This document shows positions 36,948 to 45,351 of a DNA stretch of 64,000 nt, piece after piece. Where the stretch lies: positions 29,786 through 93,785 of the forward strand of contig DEXK01000008.1 of the NCBI GenBank assembly GCA_002364085.1, given 5' to 3'. Below the pieces are notes generated by a model. The model saw only the letters and a list, made by a program, of their open reading frames with translations. It had not been told where the DNA came from and did no database searches. A program made the position numbers and the translations under genes. Source of the DNA: Balneolaceae bacterium UBA3186. Its GTDB lineage: Bacteria > Bacteroidota > Rhodothermia > Balneolales > Balneolaceae. Positions within the stretch are counted from its first letter, which is position 1. Each line of letters starts with the position of its first letter.

Positions 36948-37001
36948 TATAACACCCTAACATTTTAGCACATTATTGTGTTAGCTTGTTATAGTGTTAC
37001 A
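36948..37001. repeat. Inverted octamer tandem-repeat hairpin (nnTAACAC x3 each arm)
   Basis: TATAACAC CCTAACAT TTTAGCAC - ATTATT - GTGTTAGC TTGTTATA GTGTTACA. Confidence 0.65.
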
Positions 37002-37034
37002 GTTGTTTCCTTATATTTACTCAAAAATTACTTC

Positions 37035-37586
37035 ATGCGAATAATTACCGGAAAACTTAAAGGACGCCGCTTTTCAATTCCAAAAGGATTGGATGTACGC
37101 CCTACCACAGACCGAACTAAGGAGAGTATCTTTAATAAGATTGTTGCTTACAAATATTTGGAAAACTCTGTAATTCTGGATCTCTTCGGTGGATCAGGAA
37201 ATTTGGGATTCGAAGCAATTTCCCGCGGTGCTAAGCAAGTTACTTTCGTCGATATTAAACCGGAGAATATCAAGCTGATCGAAAAAGTAGCTGCTGATTT
37301 CGAGATCGAAAAAAATATCAGAACCGTGGTTTCAGATGTTCAACAGTTTTTAGAAAACAGAACTATGAGCTATGATTTTATTTTCTGTGACCCACCATAC
37401 TGGTATGAATGGATGGATGAAATGATTGCCGAGATAATTGATAACGAATGGCTGAATGAAGATGGTTGGTTTATTCTGGAACATGATAAGTACCATAATT
37501 ACGAGGAACATCCCCATCACTTTTTTAGTAAAGCGTATGGCAGAACAACCGTTAGTATTTTTGAAAAGCATCCGGTAGAGAAGTGA
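37035..37586 (+). CDS. rsmD: 16S rRNA (guanine966-N2)-methyltransferase RsmD (start revised to ATG 37035)
   Basis: MRIITGKLKGR, VRPTTDRTKESIFN, LDLFGGSGNLGFEAISRGA, DFIFCDPPY, YGRT. Confidence 0.96.
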   Translation: MRIITGKLKGRRFSIPKGLDVRPTTDRTKESIFNKIVAYKYLENSVILDLFGGSGNLGFEAISRGAKQVTFVDIKPENIKLIEKVAADFEIEKNIRTVVSDVQQFLENRTMSYDFIFCDPPYWYEWMDEMIAEIIDNEWLNEDGWFILEHDKYHNYEEHPHHFFSKAYGRTTVSIFEKHPVEK

Positions 37587-38227
37587 AAACGCTAACTCTA
37601 ATACCTCTTTTTTTAATCGTACTTCTTAGTTGCAGAAGCAGTAAAAACTTAACCCCTAATCCTGAAAATTATCAACATTTGGATATCAATGGTTTTGCTA
37701 ATGAACTATTGAATGGTTGGGGAACCTTTAATACTAAAGAGTTTAATGATTATGTACCTCATAGCTATCATTTAAACAAAATTGAATTAGCTAAACACAT
37801 AGAAAAAATATCCGCTGATTCTTCTTCAGCATTTAAAGGTTTAATTATTCTTGGCCCAATGTCTTTTTTGTGGGAATACCGTACAATATATATACAAGAA
37901 CACTATACTGATTCTAGTAAGATGATTGTAAACTTTCTACAGTTTCCGCATGCTCGGATTACATATAAAGCGACGAACTCAGTCGATATTAGTCAAGTTG
38001 ATTCTTTGATTACGAGTATTAAAAATACACAGTTCATTTATTCAGGTTTACCTTCAGCTTCCCAATTTAATGAGAAAGATATTTTAGATATAGATTCAAA
38101 ATTTGATCTTTTGATTCTATTTAAGACTAATAATGAGTTTCAATATTATTGGGGTTATATTGATGACAGTCCTATTGATGAGATTGGCAAAATTTTGACA
38201 GGCTCAATTACTACATATAATCACTGA
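37583..38227 (+). CDS. Hypothetical AT-rich lipoprotein between rsmD and coaD
   Basis: GTG start overlapping the rsmD stop (GTGA), lipobox LLSC, stop 2 nt before the coaD ATG. Confidence 0.7.
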   Translation: MKTLTLIPLFLIVLLSCRSSKNLTPNPENYQHLDINGFANELLNGWGTFNTKEFNDYVPHSYHLNKIELAKHIEKISADSSSAFKGLIILGPMSFLWEYRTIYIQEHYTDSSKMIVNFLQFPHARITYKATNSVDISQVDSLITSIKNTQFIYSGLPSASQFNEKDILDIDSKFDLLILFKTNNEFQYYWGYIDDSPIDEIGKILTGSITTYNH

Positions 38228-38229
38228 TT

Positions 38230-38721
38230 ATGAAACACATTGCCTTATATCCCGGTTCATTCGATCCCATCACATTTGGGCATCTCGATATTTTAGAACG
38301 TGCCACCAATCTTTTCGATAAGGTTTTAGTGACTGTAGCTGTAAATCACAGAAAGAATGCGGTTTTTTCCGGCGATGAAAGAGTGGAACTCATCAAAGAG
38401 TGCCTGAAGGGAAAAGAATGGGCAAAGAATGTTGAGGTAGATCAGTTTACAGGATTACTTGTAAATCATGCCAAGAAAGTAAAAGCGAATACACTGATCA
38501 GAGGTGTACGACAAATTTCTGACTTTGAATACGAATTCCGAATGGCGCTTACCAACAAAAGATTAGCCCCGGAAGTGGACACCGTATTTCTAATGCCCGA
38601 TGAACATTTTACTTTCATCTCAGCATCGCTGGTAAAAGAAGTCGCTCACTGGAATGGAGATCTTTCGTCCTTTGTGCCCGAACGAGTTGCAAAAGCTCTA
38701 CTGGAAAAACTAAATAAATAG
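38230..38721 (+). CDS. coaD: Phosphopantetheine adenylyltransferase
   Basis: YPGSFDPITFGHLDI, IRGVRQISDFEYEF, ISASLVKEVA. Confidence 0.98.
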   Translation: MKHIALYPGSFDPITFGHLDILERATNLFDKVLVTVAVNHRKNAVFSGDERVELIKECLKGKEWAKNVEVDQFTGLLVNHAKKVKANTLIRGVRQISDFEYEFRMALTNKRLAPEVDTVFLMPDEHFTFISASLVKEVAHWNGDLSSFVPERVAKALLEKLNK

Positions 38722-38739
38722 TTTTGGGCTAGATTAGCA

Positions 38740-38814
38740 GAACCTGAAGGATCTGCTTTTTTAAACCCTCTCAGGTTCATCTTGTTGTTATTTGGTATTT
38801 GAACTTTGTTTTTT
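38740..38814. repeat. Degenerate AACCTG/CAGGTT palindrome followed by a GnnnTTT x4 heptamer tract
   Basis: GAACCTGA-AGG...CCT-C-TCAGGTTC (38740-38778); GTTATTT GGTATTT GAACTTT GTTTTTT (38787-38814), whose reverse complement fits the AAAnnnC unit at 681-708. Confidence 0.5.
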
Positions 38815-38900
38815 TGTTCTTGAAATAGCGTTTCCCTTTTACCTAACTATTTGGGATTTTCCGCCTGCACAAAAAAACTATACTCCAACTCATCCCACGC

Positions 38901-40094
38901 ATGATATCCAACAGGGCACAAAACCTTCAGCCATCAGAAACTTTAAAGATCACCGGAAAAGCTAAAGAGCTAAAAAGACAAGGTAAGTCTGTAGTTTCCC
39001 TCAGCGCCGGAGAACCTGATTTCAAAACTCCGCGACATATTTGCGATGCAGCTATAAGAGCAATTAATGATGGATTTCACGGATATACAATGAATACCGG
39101 AACCCCGGAATTACGTGCAGCCATCGTTGCAAAGCTGAAAAGAGATAATGGTTTGGATTACGATCCGTCACAGATCATCTGCTCTAATGGCGCGAAACAA
39201 TCGGTTGGTTTTGGTTTATTGGCTATAGTAAATAAAGGCGATGAAGTAATTATTCCTGCTCCGTTCTGGGTTTCTTACCCTGAAATGGTTCGTTTGGCTG
39301 AAGGAGAATCTGTGCTTGTAAGAACTTCCTTTGAAAATGACTTTAAGCTTACGCCGCAGCAACTTGAAGATTCTATTACGGATAAAACGAAAGCAATCAT
39401 TCTATGCTCGCCTTCAAATCCTACAGGCGCTTGCTACTCAAAAGAAGAACTGGAAGAGTTAGCGAATGTGCTTCGTAAACACCCAGAAATTTATATTCTC
39501 TCGGACGAGATCTATGAGTACATCGTTTTTGACAGCGACCATGTCAGCATTTTGAATGTTGCACCAGACCTTAAAGATCGGGTGTTATTGGTTAACGGAT
39601 TTTCCAAGGGGTTTGCAATGACCGGCTGGAGATTGGGCTACCTTGCAGCGAGTAATGAAGTTGTAAGCGCTGTGTCCAAGATTCAAAGTCAGGAAACTTC
39701 CGCACCTTCTTCCATATCTCAGAAAGCAGCGGAAGCAGCATATAATGGCTCTTTGGATGAAGTTAAAGCTATGCGTGATCAGTTTAAAAAGCGTCGCGAT
39801 TTCATGGTTAATTCATTGAATGCTATTGAAGGAGTAAGCTGCTTCTCTCCGGGCGGGGCGTTTTATGTATTTCCGGATATTTCTCATTATTTAAATTCAT
39901 CAAAACCCGACGGAAGTAAAATTGAATCCTCAACAGAACTCTGTATGTACTTGCTGGAAGAATTCGGATTAGCTCTGGTCCCAGGTGACGCCTTTGGCGA
40001 ACCGAATGGATTGCGAATGAGTTACGCCGCTTCGATGAATGACCTTGAAGATGCTATGCAGAGATTTAAGAAAGGATTGGCGAGTTTGGGGTAA
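38901..40094 (+). CDS. PLP-dependent aminotransferase class I/II (aspartate aminotransferase-like)
   Basis: LSAGEPDF, SNGAKQS, PFWVSY, SPSNPTG, SDEIYE, NGFSKGFAMTGWRLGY (PLP Lys), GAFY. Confidence 0.95.
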   Translation: MISNRAQNLQPSETLKITGKAKELKRQGKSVVSLSAGEPDFKTPRHICDAAIRAINDGFHGYTMNTGTPELRAAIVAKLKRDNGLDYDPSQIICSNGAKQSVGFGLLAIVNKGDEVIIPAPFWVSYPEMVRLAEGESVLVRTSFENDFKLTPQQLEDSITDKTKAIILCSPSNPTGACYSKEELEELANVLRKHPEIYILSDEIYEYIVFDSDHVSILNVAPDLKDRVLLVNGFSKGFAMTGWRLGYLAASNEVVSAVSKIQSQETSAPSSISQKAAEAAYNGSLDEVKAMRDQFKKRRDFMVNSLNAIEGVSCFSPGGAFYVFPDISHYLNSSKPDGSKIESSTELCMYLLEEFGLALVPGDAFGEPNGLRMSYAASMNDLEDAMQRFKKGLASLG

Positions 40095-40112
40095 TTTATT
40101 ATTCAAAGCGTT

Positions 40113-40198
40113 TGAAGCAGAATTATCTTAATTACTGGATTTGCAGGATTTAGTTTATTTAATTTTACTAATTCTGTAATCCTGTAAATTCTGCTTCA
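40113..40198. repeat. Long imperfect hairpin built of AAT(T/C)CTG(T/C)(A) 8-9-mer units, upstream of the GxxExxY gene
   Basis: TGAAGCAGAATT (40113-40124) is the exact reverse complement of AATTCTGCTTCA (40187-40198); inner ACTGGATT TGCAGGATT faces AATTCTGT AATCCTGTA. Confidence 0.8.
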
Positions 40199-40205
40199 GA
40201 TTGCT

Positions 40206-40586
40206 ATGATTAAAAATGAGCTCACTTATAAGATCATAGGTTGTGCAATGAATGTTCACAACACTATTGGTCCTGGCTTTCAGGAAGTTATATACCAGCG
40301 TTGTCTTAAAATGGAACTAGAAGAATCCGGATTGAACTTCGAAAGAGAGAAGAATCAAGCCATATTTTATAAAGATGTACAGGTTGGAACTAGAAGAGCA
40401 GACTTTGTAGTAGAAGAAAAAGTAATTGTTGAAATAAAAGCCGTTACAAAACTTGAAGATGTTCATCTTGCGCAAGCAAAAAATTATACAGTTGCTTATG
40501 ATTTTCCTTTAGGATTATTAATTAATTTTGGGAGTAAAAGCATGGAATATAAATTGTTGTTCAACCCCAAATATCATCCAAAATAA
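40206..40586 (+). CDS. GxxExxY protein (PD-(D/E)xK nuclease superfamily)
   Basis: GPGFQEVIY (GxxExxY), RADFVVEEKVIVEIKA (D...ExK), GLLINFG. Confidence 0.95.
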   Translation: MIKNELTYKIIGCAMNVHNTIGPGFQEVIYQRCLKMELEESGLNFEREKNQAIFYKDVQVGTRRADFVVEEKVIVEIKAVTKLEDVHLAQAKNYTVAYDFPLGLLINFGSKSMEYKLLFNPKYHPK

Positions 40587-40601
40587 TTCAAGTATGCTGA
40601 C

Positions 40602-40630
40602 AATTCTTTAATCCTGTAAATTCTGCTCCA
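40602..40630. repeat. Second direct copy of the 29-bp repeat, downstream of the GxxExxY gene
   Basis: AATTCTTTAATCCTGTAAATTCTGCTCCA vs AATTCTGTAATCCTGTAAATTCTGCTTCA (40170-40198): 27/29 identical. Confidence 0.85.
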
Positions 40631-40644
40631 ACCTACTTTTTTCT

Positions 40645-41421
40645 ATGGCCTACAAACCTCTTAAACTTTGGTTCGATAAAGAACTGGCAGAACAGCTTTC
40701 GGAAAAACTACTTTCTGTTAGATCTGATTTTAACTCAATTCCTTTCCTCAAAAAAGTAAATGCAGGAGTTGATGGACTGGAACTTAAAGAAAGAGTCGAG
40801 TTAATAGCTGATGAGCTAAACAACCATTTGGAAAGCGATTATCCACAACAAGTTGAAGTTTTGCTTCAAATACTTGGTCCTGAAAACGATGAAGAAACAG
40901 GAATGTTTAAGAAATATTTCTGGATCATGCCCATCGCAAAATTTGTAGAAAAGTATGGTTTAGATCACTTTGATGTCTCCATGAGAGCTATACAAGAGAT
41001 CACCAAGAGAAATACGGGTGAATATGCCATACGGCCCTTTATTGAAAAATTTCCTGAACAAACAATGGCAAGAATGAGAGTCTGGTCGTTGGATTCCAAT
41101 AAACACATCCGAAGGTTATCAAGTGAAGGCGGTCGGCCGAGATTGCCCTGGGCCACCAAACTTCAAATGTTTATAGATGATCCAAATCCATTATTTCCTA
41201 TTCTGGATAACCTTAAAGACGATCCTTCAAAATATGTTCAGAAATCTGTAGCTAACTGCCTGAATGATATATTGAAAGACAATCCAAAAGTTGCCAAAAG
41301 AATTATCGAAAAATGGATTACAGATGCTACGATAGAAAGAATCTGGATCATTAAACACGCACTCAGAAATCTTCGGAAACAAAATGATGAATGGGCGATG
41401 AAGATTATTTCTGCTCTTTGA
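40645..41421 (+). CDS. DNA alkylation repair protein (AlkC/AlkD HEAT-like glycosylase family)
   Basis: LELKERV, EYAIRPFI, HIRRLSSEGGRPRLPW, LKDDPSKYVQKSVANCLNDI. Confidence 0.9.
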   Translation: MAYKPLKLWFDKELAEQLSEKLLSVRSDFNSIPFLKKVNAGVDGLELKERVELIADELNNHLESDYPQQVEVLLQILGPENDEETGMFKKYFWIMPIAKFVEKYGLDHFDVSMRAIQEITKRNTGEYAIRPFIEKFPEQTMARMRVWSLDSNKHIRRLSSEGGRPRLPWATKLQMFIDDPNPLFPILDNLKDDPSKYVQKSVANCLNDILKDNPKVAKRIIEKWITDATIERIWIIKHALRNLRKQNDEWAMKIISAL

Positions 41422-41466
41422 TTTTAGGCCGATTCAAAGTACGTTCCTATAACTAAACTCATTTTT

Positions 41467-41829
41467 ATGGAACTAACAGCTAAAATACTCATCGGACTTG
41501 TCGCCTTTATGCATCTTTATTTTTTGTGGCTGGAAATGTTTGCATGGACAACACGCGCAAAGAAAGTATTCACTGGGTTTACACCTGATTTCTTTGAAAA
41601 GACTAAAAATATGGCTGCCAATCAAGGACTTTATAATGGATTTCTTGCAGCCGGACTTATTTGGTCCTTTTTTATAGAAAACCCTTATTGGTGGATCAAT
41701 GTGGCCTTATTCTTTCTGAGCTGTGTAGCAATCGCAGGTATCTTTGGAGCTGTTACAGTCAGCAAAAAGATCTTTTTCGTGCAAGGCTTGCCGGCAATTA
41801 TAGGGATTCTTCTATTACTATTTATTTGA
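41467..41829 (+). CDS. DUF1304 family membrane protein
   Basis: HLYFLWLEMFAW, AANQGLYNGFLAAGL, QGLPA. Confidence 0.92.
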   Translation: MELTAKILIGLVAFMHLYFLWLEMFAWTTRAKKVFTGFTPDFFEKTKNMAANQGLYNGFLAAGLIWSFFIENPYWWINVALFFLSCVAIAGIFGAVTVSKKIFFVQGLPAIIGILLLLFI

Positions 41830-41877
41830 GGTATGAGTAAAAATCGCATCACTTTTCTTGAAGATCTCTAATCAGAC

Positions 41878-42627
41878 ATGAAAGAATTCCACATTCTTAA
41901 CGGTGATGCTTTAAAAGAGCAATTTCCTGACTCTTTAAATGGTAAGTTAATTGTTGCCAGAGAATGTTTAGTGGATGGTGATGTATCTGCCGATTCGTTG
42001 GATCAGCTATTTCAGCTAAGAGCTGAATATTTAAGTAATGCCTACGATTCAGAAATTGATTTCTACCATCAAGAAGTAATCCCCGAGTTCAACAAAATTA
42101 TTTCTTTACCTGAACATTCAGTTATCAATCTTTGGTTTGAAGATGATCTTTATTGTCAGGTGAATTTATGGTTTGTGTCTCATTTGATTCACGATTTCGC
42201 AAGTCCTTCTCAGGTCTTTCTTGTTCGCCCACATACCGATATTCAGTATGGTTTCGGCGGTTTAAATTCTGATGGTCTAGAAAACGCTTTTAAATCAAAA
42301 GTCCGGTTATCTCGTGACGAAGTGAAGCTTTTCTCTTCTCTTTGGGCGTTATATCAGCATCAAGATCATGAGGGAATTTTAGAACTCGCTCTGAAACACT
42401 CTGAAAGATTTCCTTTCTTAGAAGATACTGCAAAGGCGAACCTCGATCGGTTTCCAAATGATGGTTCACAGGGAAGACCTGAACGAACACTACTGGACAT
42501 CATGAAAGAATTAGACTCTGATGAATTTGGTCCTGTTTTCAGGGAATTTCATAAAAGAGAAAGCATTTACGGCTTTGGAGATCTTCAGGTAAAGCGATTG
42601 TTTGACGAATTGAGAAATAGTAACTAA
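41878..42627 (+). CDS. DUF1835-like protein
   Basis: FHILNGDAL, RECLVDG, LWFEDDLYCQVNL, YGFGDLQ. Confidence 0.8.
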   Translation: MKEFHILNGDALKEQFPDSLNGKLIVARECLVDGDVSADSLDQLFQLRAEYLSNAYDSEIDFYHQEVIPEFNKIISLPEHSVINLWFEDDLYCQVNLWFVSHLIHDFASPSQVFLVRPHTDIQYGFGGLNSDGLENAFKSKVRLSRDEVKLFSSLWALYQHQDHEGILELALKHSERFPFLEDTAKANLDRFPNDGSQGRPERTLLDIMKELDSDEFGPVFREFHKRESIYGFGDLQVKRLFDELRNSN

Positions 42628-42669
42628 AGAAATCTTTCTTTCAGTGTAATTCTGATTATTTTCTCTCCT

Positions 42670-43239
42670 ATGAAAAGAACTCAAGCTTATACTGATGCCT
42701 TAGATCAATTTGTTCAACTTTGGGGAGATATGGCCTCTGCTTGGGGCATCAATAAAACGATGTCACAGATTCACGCATTGCTGTATGCTGAATCTCATCC
42801 GCTTGATACCGACACTATCATGGATAAACTTGATATAAGTCGTGGAAATGCCAATATGAACCTGCACCGGTTAGTGGAATGGGAATTGATCCATAAAGTT
42901 CAAAAATCCGGAACGCGCAAAGATTTTTACACTGCTGAGACCGATGTCTGGAAAATAGTATCTACAATTATACGAGAACGGCAACAAAAGGAAATCGAGC
43001 CCATCAGAGCTGAATTGAAAGAGTGTATCGCTACGTTGGAATCTGGCGGGTTAAACGATGAAGAAAGCAAAGCCTTCAAACAACGGATAGAAAATTATAA
43101 TGAGTTTCTGGAAATGTTTGAGCGATTTACCGGAGCTCTTCTCCCTTACATCAATAAAAAGAATCTCGGCTTTTTGAAACAGCTCATAAAATTAGTGGAA
43201 GTAAAAGAATCATTGATAGGAAAAAAGTCTGATGACTAA
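42670..43239 (+). CDS. GbsR/MarR-family transcriptional regulator
   Basis: FVQLWGDMASAWGINKTMSQIHALL, ISRGNANMNL..L..W.LI, RKDFYTAE. Confidence 0.92.
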   Translation: MKRTQAYTDALDQFVQLWGDMASAWGINKTMSQIHALLYAESHPLDTDTIMDKLDISRGNANMNLHRLVEWELIHKVQKSGTRKDFYTAETDVWKIVSTIIRERQQKEIEPIRAELKECIATLESGGLNDEESKAFKQRIENYNEFLEMFERFTGALLPYINKKNLGFLKQLIKLVEVKESLIGKKSDD

Positions 43240-43597
43240 AAAAACCACCCGTGAAATTGGAAACGAAGGCGAGGAACTGGCTTGTGCATATCTGGAAAGT
43301 AAAGGCTGGAGAATTCTGGAAAGAAATTATTTTTTCGAAAAGTCAGAGGTTGATATAATAGCTTATGATGACACAGCTATTGTGTTTATCGAGGTAAAGC
43401 TTCGATCTTCTGATAAATATGGCAGGCCTGAAGAATATGTCTCTGAAGTAAAAGTAGAACATGTTTTTAAAGCTGCGGAGGCATGGATGTATGAACGGAA
43501 AATGGATGGTTCTCCCATGCGCTTTGATGTAATTGGAATTCTGCAAAAGAAAAATGAAGCGCCTCAATTCAATCACATTCAAGATGCCTTTCGTTAA
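43232..43597 (+). CDS. YraN family protein (UPF0102)
   Basis: G..GEELA..YL..KG..ILERN, EVDII, VFIEVKLR, RFDVI. Confidence 0.95.
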   Translation: MTKKTTREIGNEGEELACAYLESKGWRILERNYFFEKSEVDIIAYDDTAIVFIEVKLRSSDKYGRPEEYVSEVKVEHVFKAAEAWMYERKMDGSPMRFDVIGILQKKNEAPQFNHIQDAFR

Positions 43598-43631
43598 TTG
43601 GAAATTTGCACTTGAATTCTGACTTTCCACC

Positions 43632-44375
43632 ATGCAAAAAACTACTCTAACTCCATTTGAATACTTCAGAAGTGTTATAACGATTCTCTCTTTCATGGTT
43701 ATTCTCGCAATCGTTTCTTTGCTTGTAACCGTTATTGTACTCCTTACTTTCGGAAAAGCTACTAATTGGATTGTAAAAACCTTTCCTAAGTATATGAGCA
43801 TTCCGGTTTTTTATCTGCTTGGAATAGAATATAAACTTAATGACCTCAGGCACGATACATCTAAGCCCGTAATTTTTATTTTCAACCACTGCTCTACTTT
43901 AGATATACCTGCTATCTTAATGCTGGCACTGGAACGCTTTCGAATTGTGATAAAGTGGGAACTACAATACATCCCTTTCTTTTTTATCATCGGCAGACTA
44001 ACCGGTCAGGTTTTTATTAAACGTTCGGATAAAGAACATGCCATTTCAACTCTTCAGAAAACATACGACCGCCTCAAAAAAAACAATCTGAATTTAATTC
44101 TTGCTCCCGAAGGCTCTCGAAAACATAAAGGAAGAATTGGTCCATTTAAAAAGGGCGCATTCAGAATGGCGATCGATCTCGGATATCCGATTGTCCCAAT
44201 TTACTTTGATGGAAATGATCGTTTAAGTTTAGGCGGTTCAATAATGGCTAAACAAGGAACAATTACAGCTACTATACATCCTCAGATTGACACCTCCTCA
44301 TGGAAAGTAGAAACAATTGAAGAGCACATTGAAGAAGTCAGAAGTATGTATTTGCAGTGGGCTGGTGTTGAATAG
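43632..44375 (+). CDS. Lysophospholipid acyltransferase (PlsC family)
   Basis: NHCSTLD (HxxxxD), FIKR, APEGSR, FKKGAF, IVPI. Confidence 0.93.
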   Translation: MQKTTLTPFEYFRSVITILSFMVILAIVSLLVTVIVLLTFGKATNWIVKTFPKYMSIPVFYLLGIEYKLNDLRHDTSKPVIFIFNHCSTLDIPAILMLALERFRIVIKWELQYIPFFFIIGRLTGQVFIKRSDKEHAISTLQKTYDRLKKNNLNLILAPEGSRKHKGRIGPFKKGAFRMAIDLGYPIVPIYFDGNDRLSLGGSIMAKQGTITATIHPQIDTSSWKVETIEEHIEEVRSMYLQWAGVE

Positions 44376-44401
44376 TCTCTCTTTTTTAAACTTGGAACTT
44401 C

Positions 44402-45346
44402 TCACTTAGGCTCCAAATACTGTAGACTAAAGAAATCCTTCTCATCTGTCCATACTTTCTTTACATCGAACCAATTAGAAACCATATCAGCAAACTCATT
44501 CAATGAATATTTATGGGAGTTTTCCGTATGAATGGACTCACCTTTTATGAAGTCTATAACTTTATCATCTACCGTCACGCTATGATCTTCCTTCACGAAA
44601 AGATGCATTTCAATGCGTCCTTTTTCTTCATTCCAGATTGCTTTGTGATCAAATAAATTCGGATTAAATGACAGTCCTAATTCTTCGTTAAGATGGTTGA
44701 GAATATTTTTATTGAATTCAGCTGTTATACTTTTGGAATCATTATATGCAGCTTTCAAGACTTCGATATCTTTTTTGAGGTCTACCCCGATTAAAAACGC
44801 ACCATCTTTTCCTATAATATCATGAATCACTTTCAAAAATTGCTGAACTTTTTCCATCTTGAAATTCCCAATTGTTGACCCCGGATAAAAAACTACTTTT
44901 CGTGCATCCGGACTACTTTTTGGCAAATCGAATGGTTTCGTATAATCTGCTGATAGGGGCAGTATTTGTATATTGGGATATTCAGTTCGTAATTGTTCAG
45001 CTACTTTATTGAGGTAATCTCCTGAAATATCCATAGGGATGTAACAACAGATATTTTGCATATTGCTCAGGAGTATTTTGGTCTTTGAACTACTTCCACT
45101 TCCCGGTTCAATCAATAATACCTTCTTCCCTAAGTATTTCGCAATCTCCTCTATATTATCTTCCAGAATTTTTCTTTCAGTTCTGGTAGGGTAATATTCA
45201 TCCAACTCAGTAATATCATTAAAAAGTTTGGAGCCTCTTTCATCATAGAAAAATTTACTGGGTAGTGACTTTTGTTGCTGAAATAATCCACTTTTTACTT
45301 CCTCAAGCATTGAGGATTTATTTAAAATCAGTTCTGTTTCTGTCAT
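44402..45346 (-). CDS. egtD: L-histidine N-alpha-methyltransferase
   Basis: KSLPSKFFYDERGSKLF, EYYPTRTE, EPGSGSSSK, YPGSTIGNF, LIGVDL, AYND, IHTENSHK. Confidence 0.97.
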   Translation of the reverse strand: MTETELILNKSSMLEEVKSGLFQQQKSLPSKFFYDERGSKLFNDITELDEYYPTRTERKILEDNIEEIAKYLGKKVLLIEPGSGSSSKTKILLSNMQNICCYIPMDISGDYLNKVAEQLRTEYPNIQILPLSADYTKPFDLPKSSPDARKVVFYPGSTIGNFKMEKVQQFLKVIHDIIGKDGAFLIGVDLKKDIEVLKAAYNDSKSITAEFNKNILNHLNEELGLSFNPNLFDHKAIWNEEKGRIEMHLFVKEDHSVTVDDKVIDFIKGESIHTENSHKYSLNEFADMVSNWFDVKKVWTDEKDFFSLQYLEPK

Positions 45347-45351
45347 TGATA

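Noticed and set aside
36978-37034. 19-codon N-terminal extension of rsmD in the ORF track
   Set aside because: It runs through the octamer repeat hairpin; the family-typical MRIITG start is at 37035.
38729-38739. 11-mer CTAGATTAGCA shared with 53208-53218
   Set aside because: A single 11-nt match among many AT-rich intergenic comparisons is expected by chance.
681-40630. Short repeats considered as a CRISPR array
   Set aside because: No regularly spaced 25-45 bp repeats with unique spacers, and no cas genes; only two copies of the 29-mer, separated by a gene.
42640-42657. TCAG-N7-CTGA just upstream of the GbsR/MarR regulator as an autoregulatory site
   Set aside because: Only 4-bp arms; too weak to support without comparative data.
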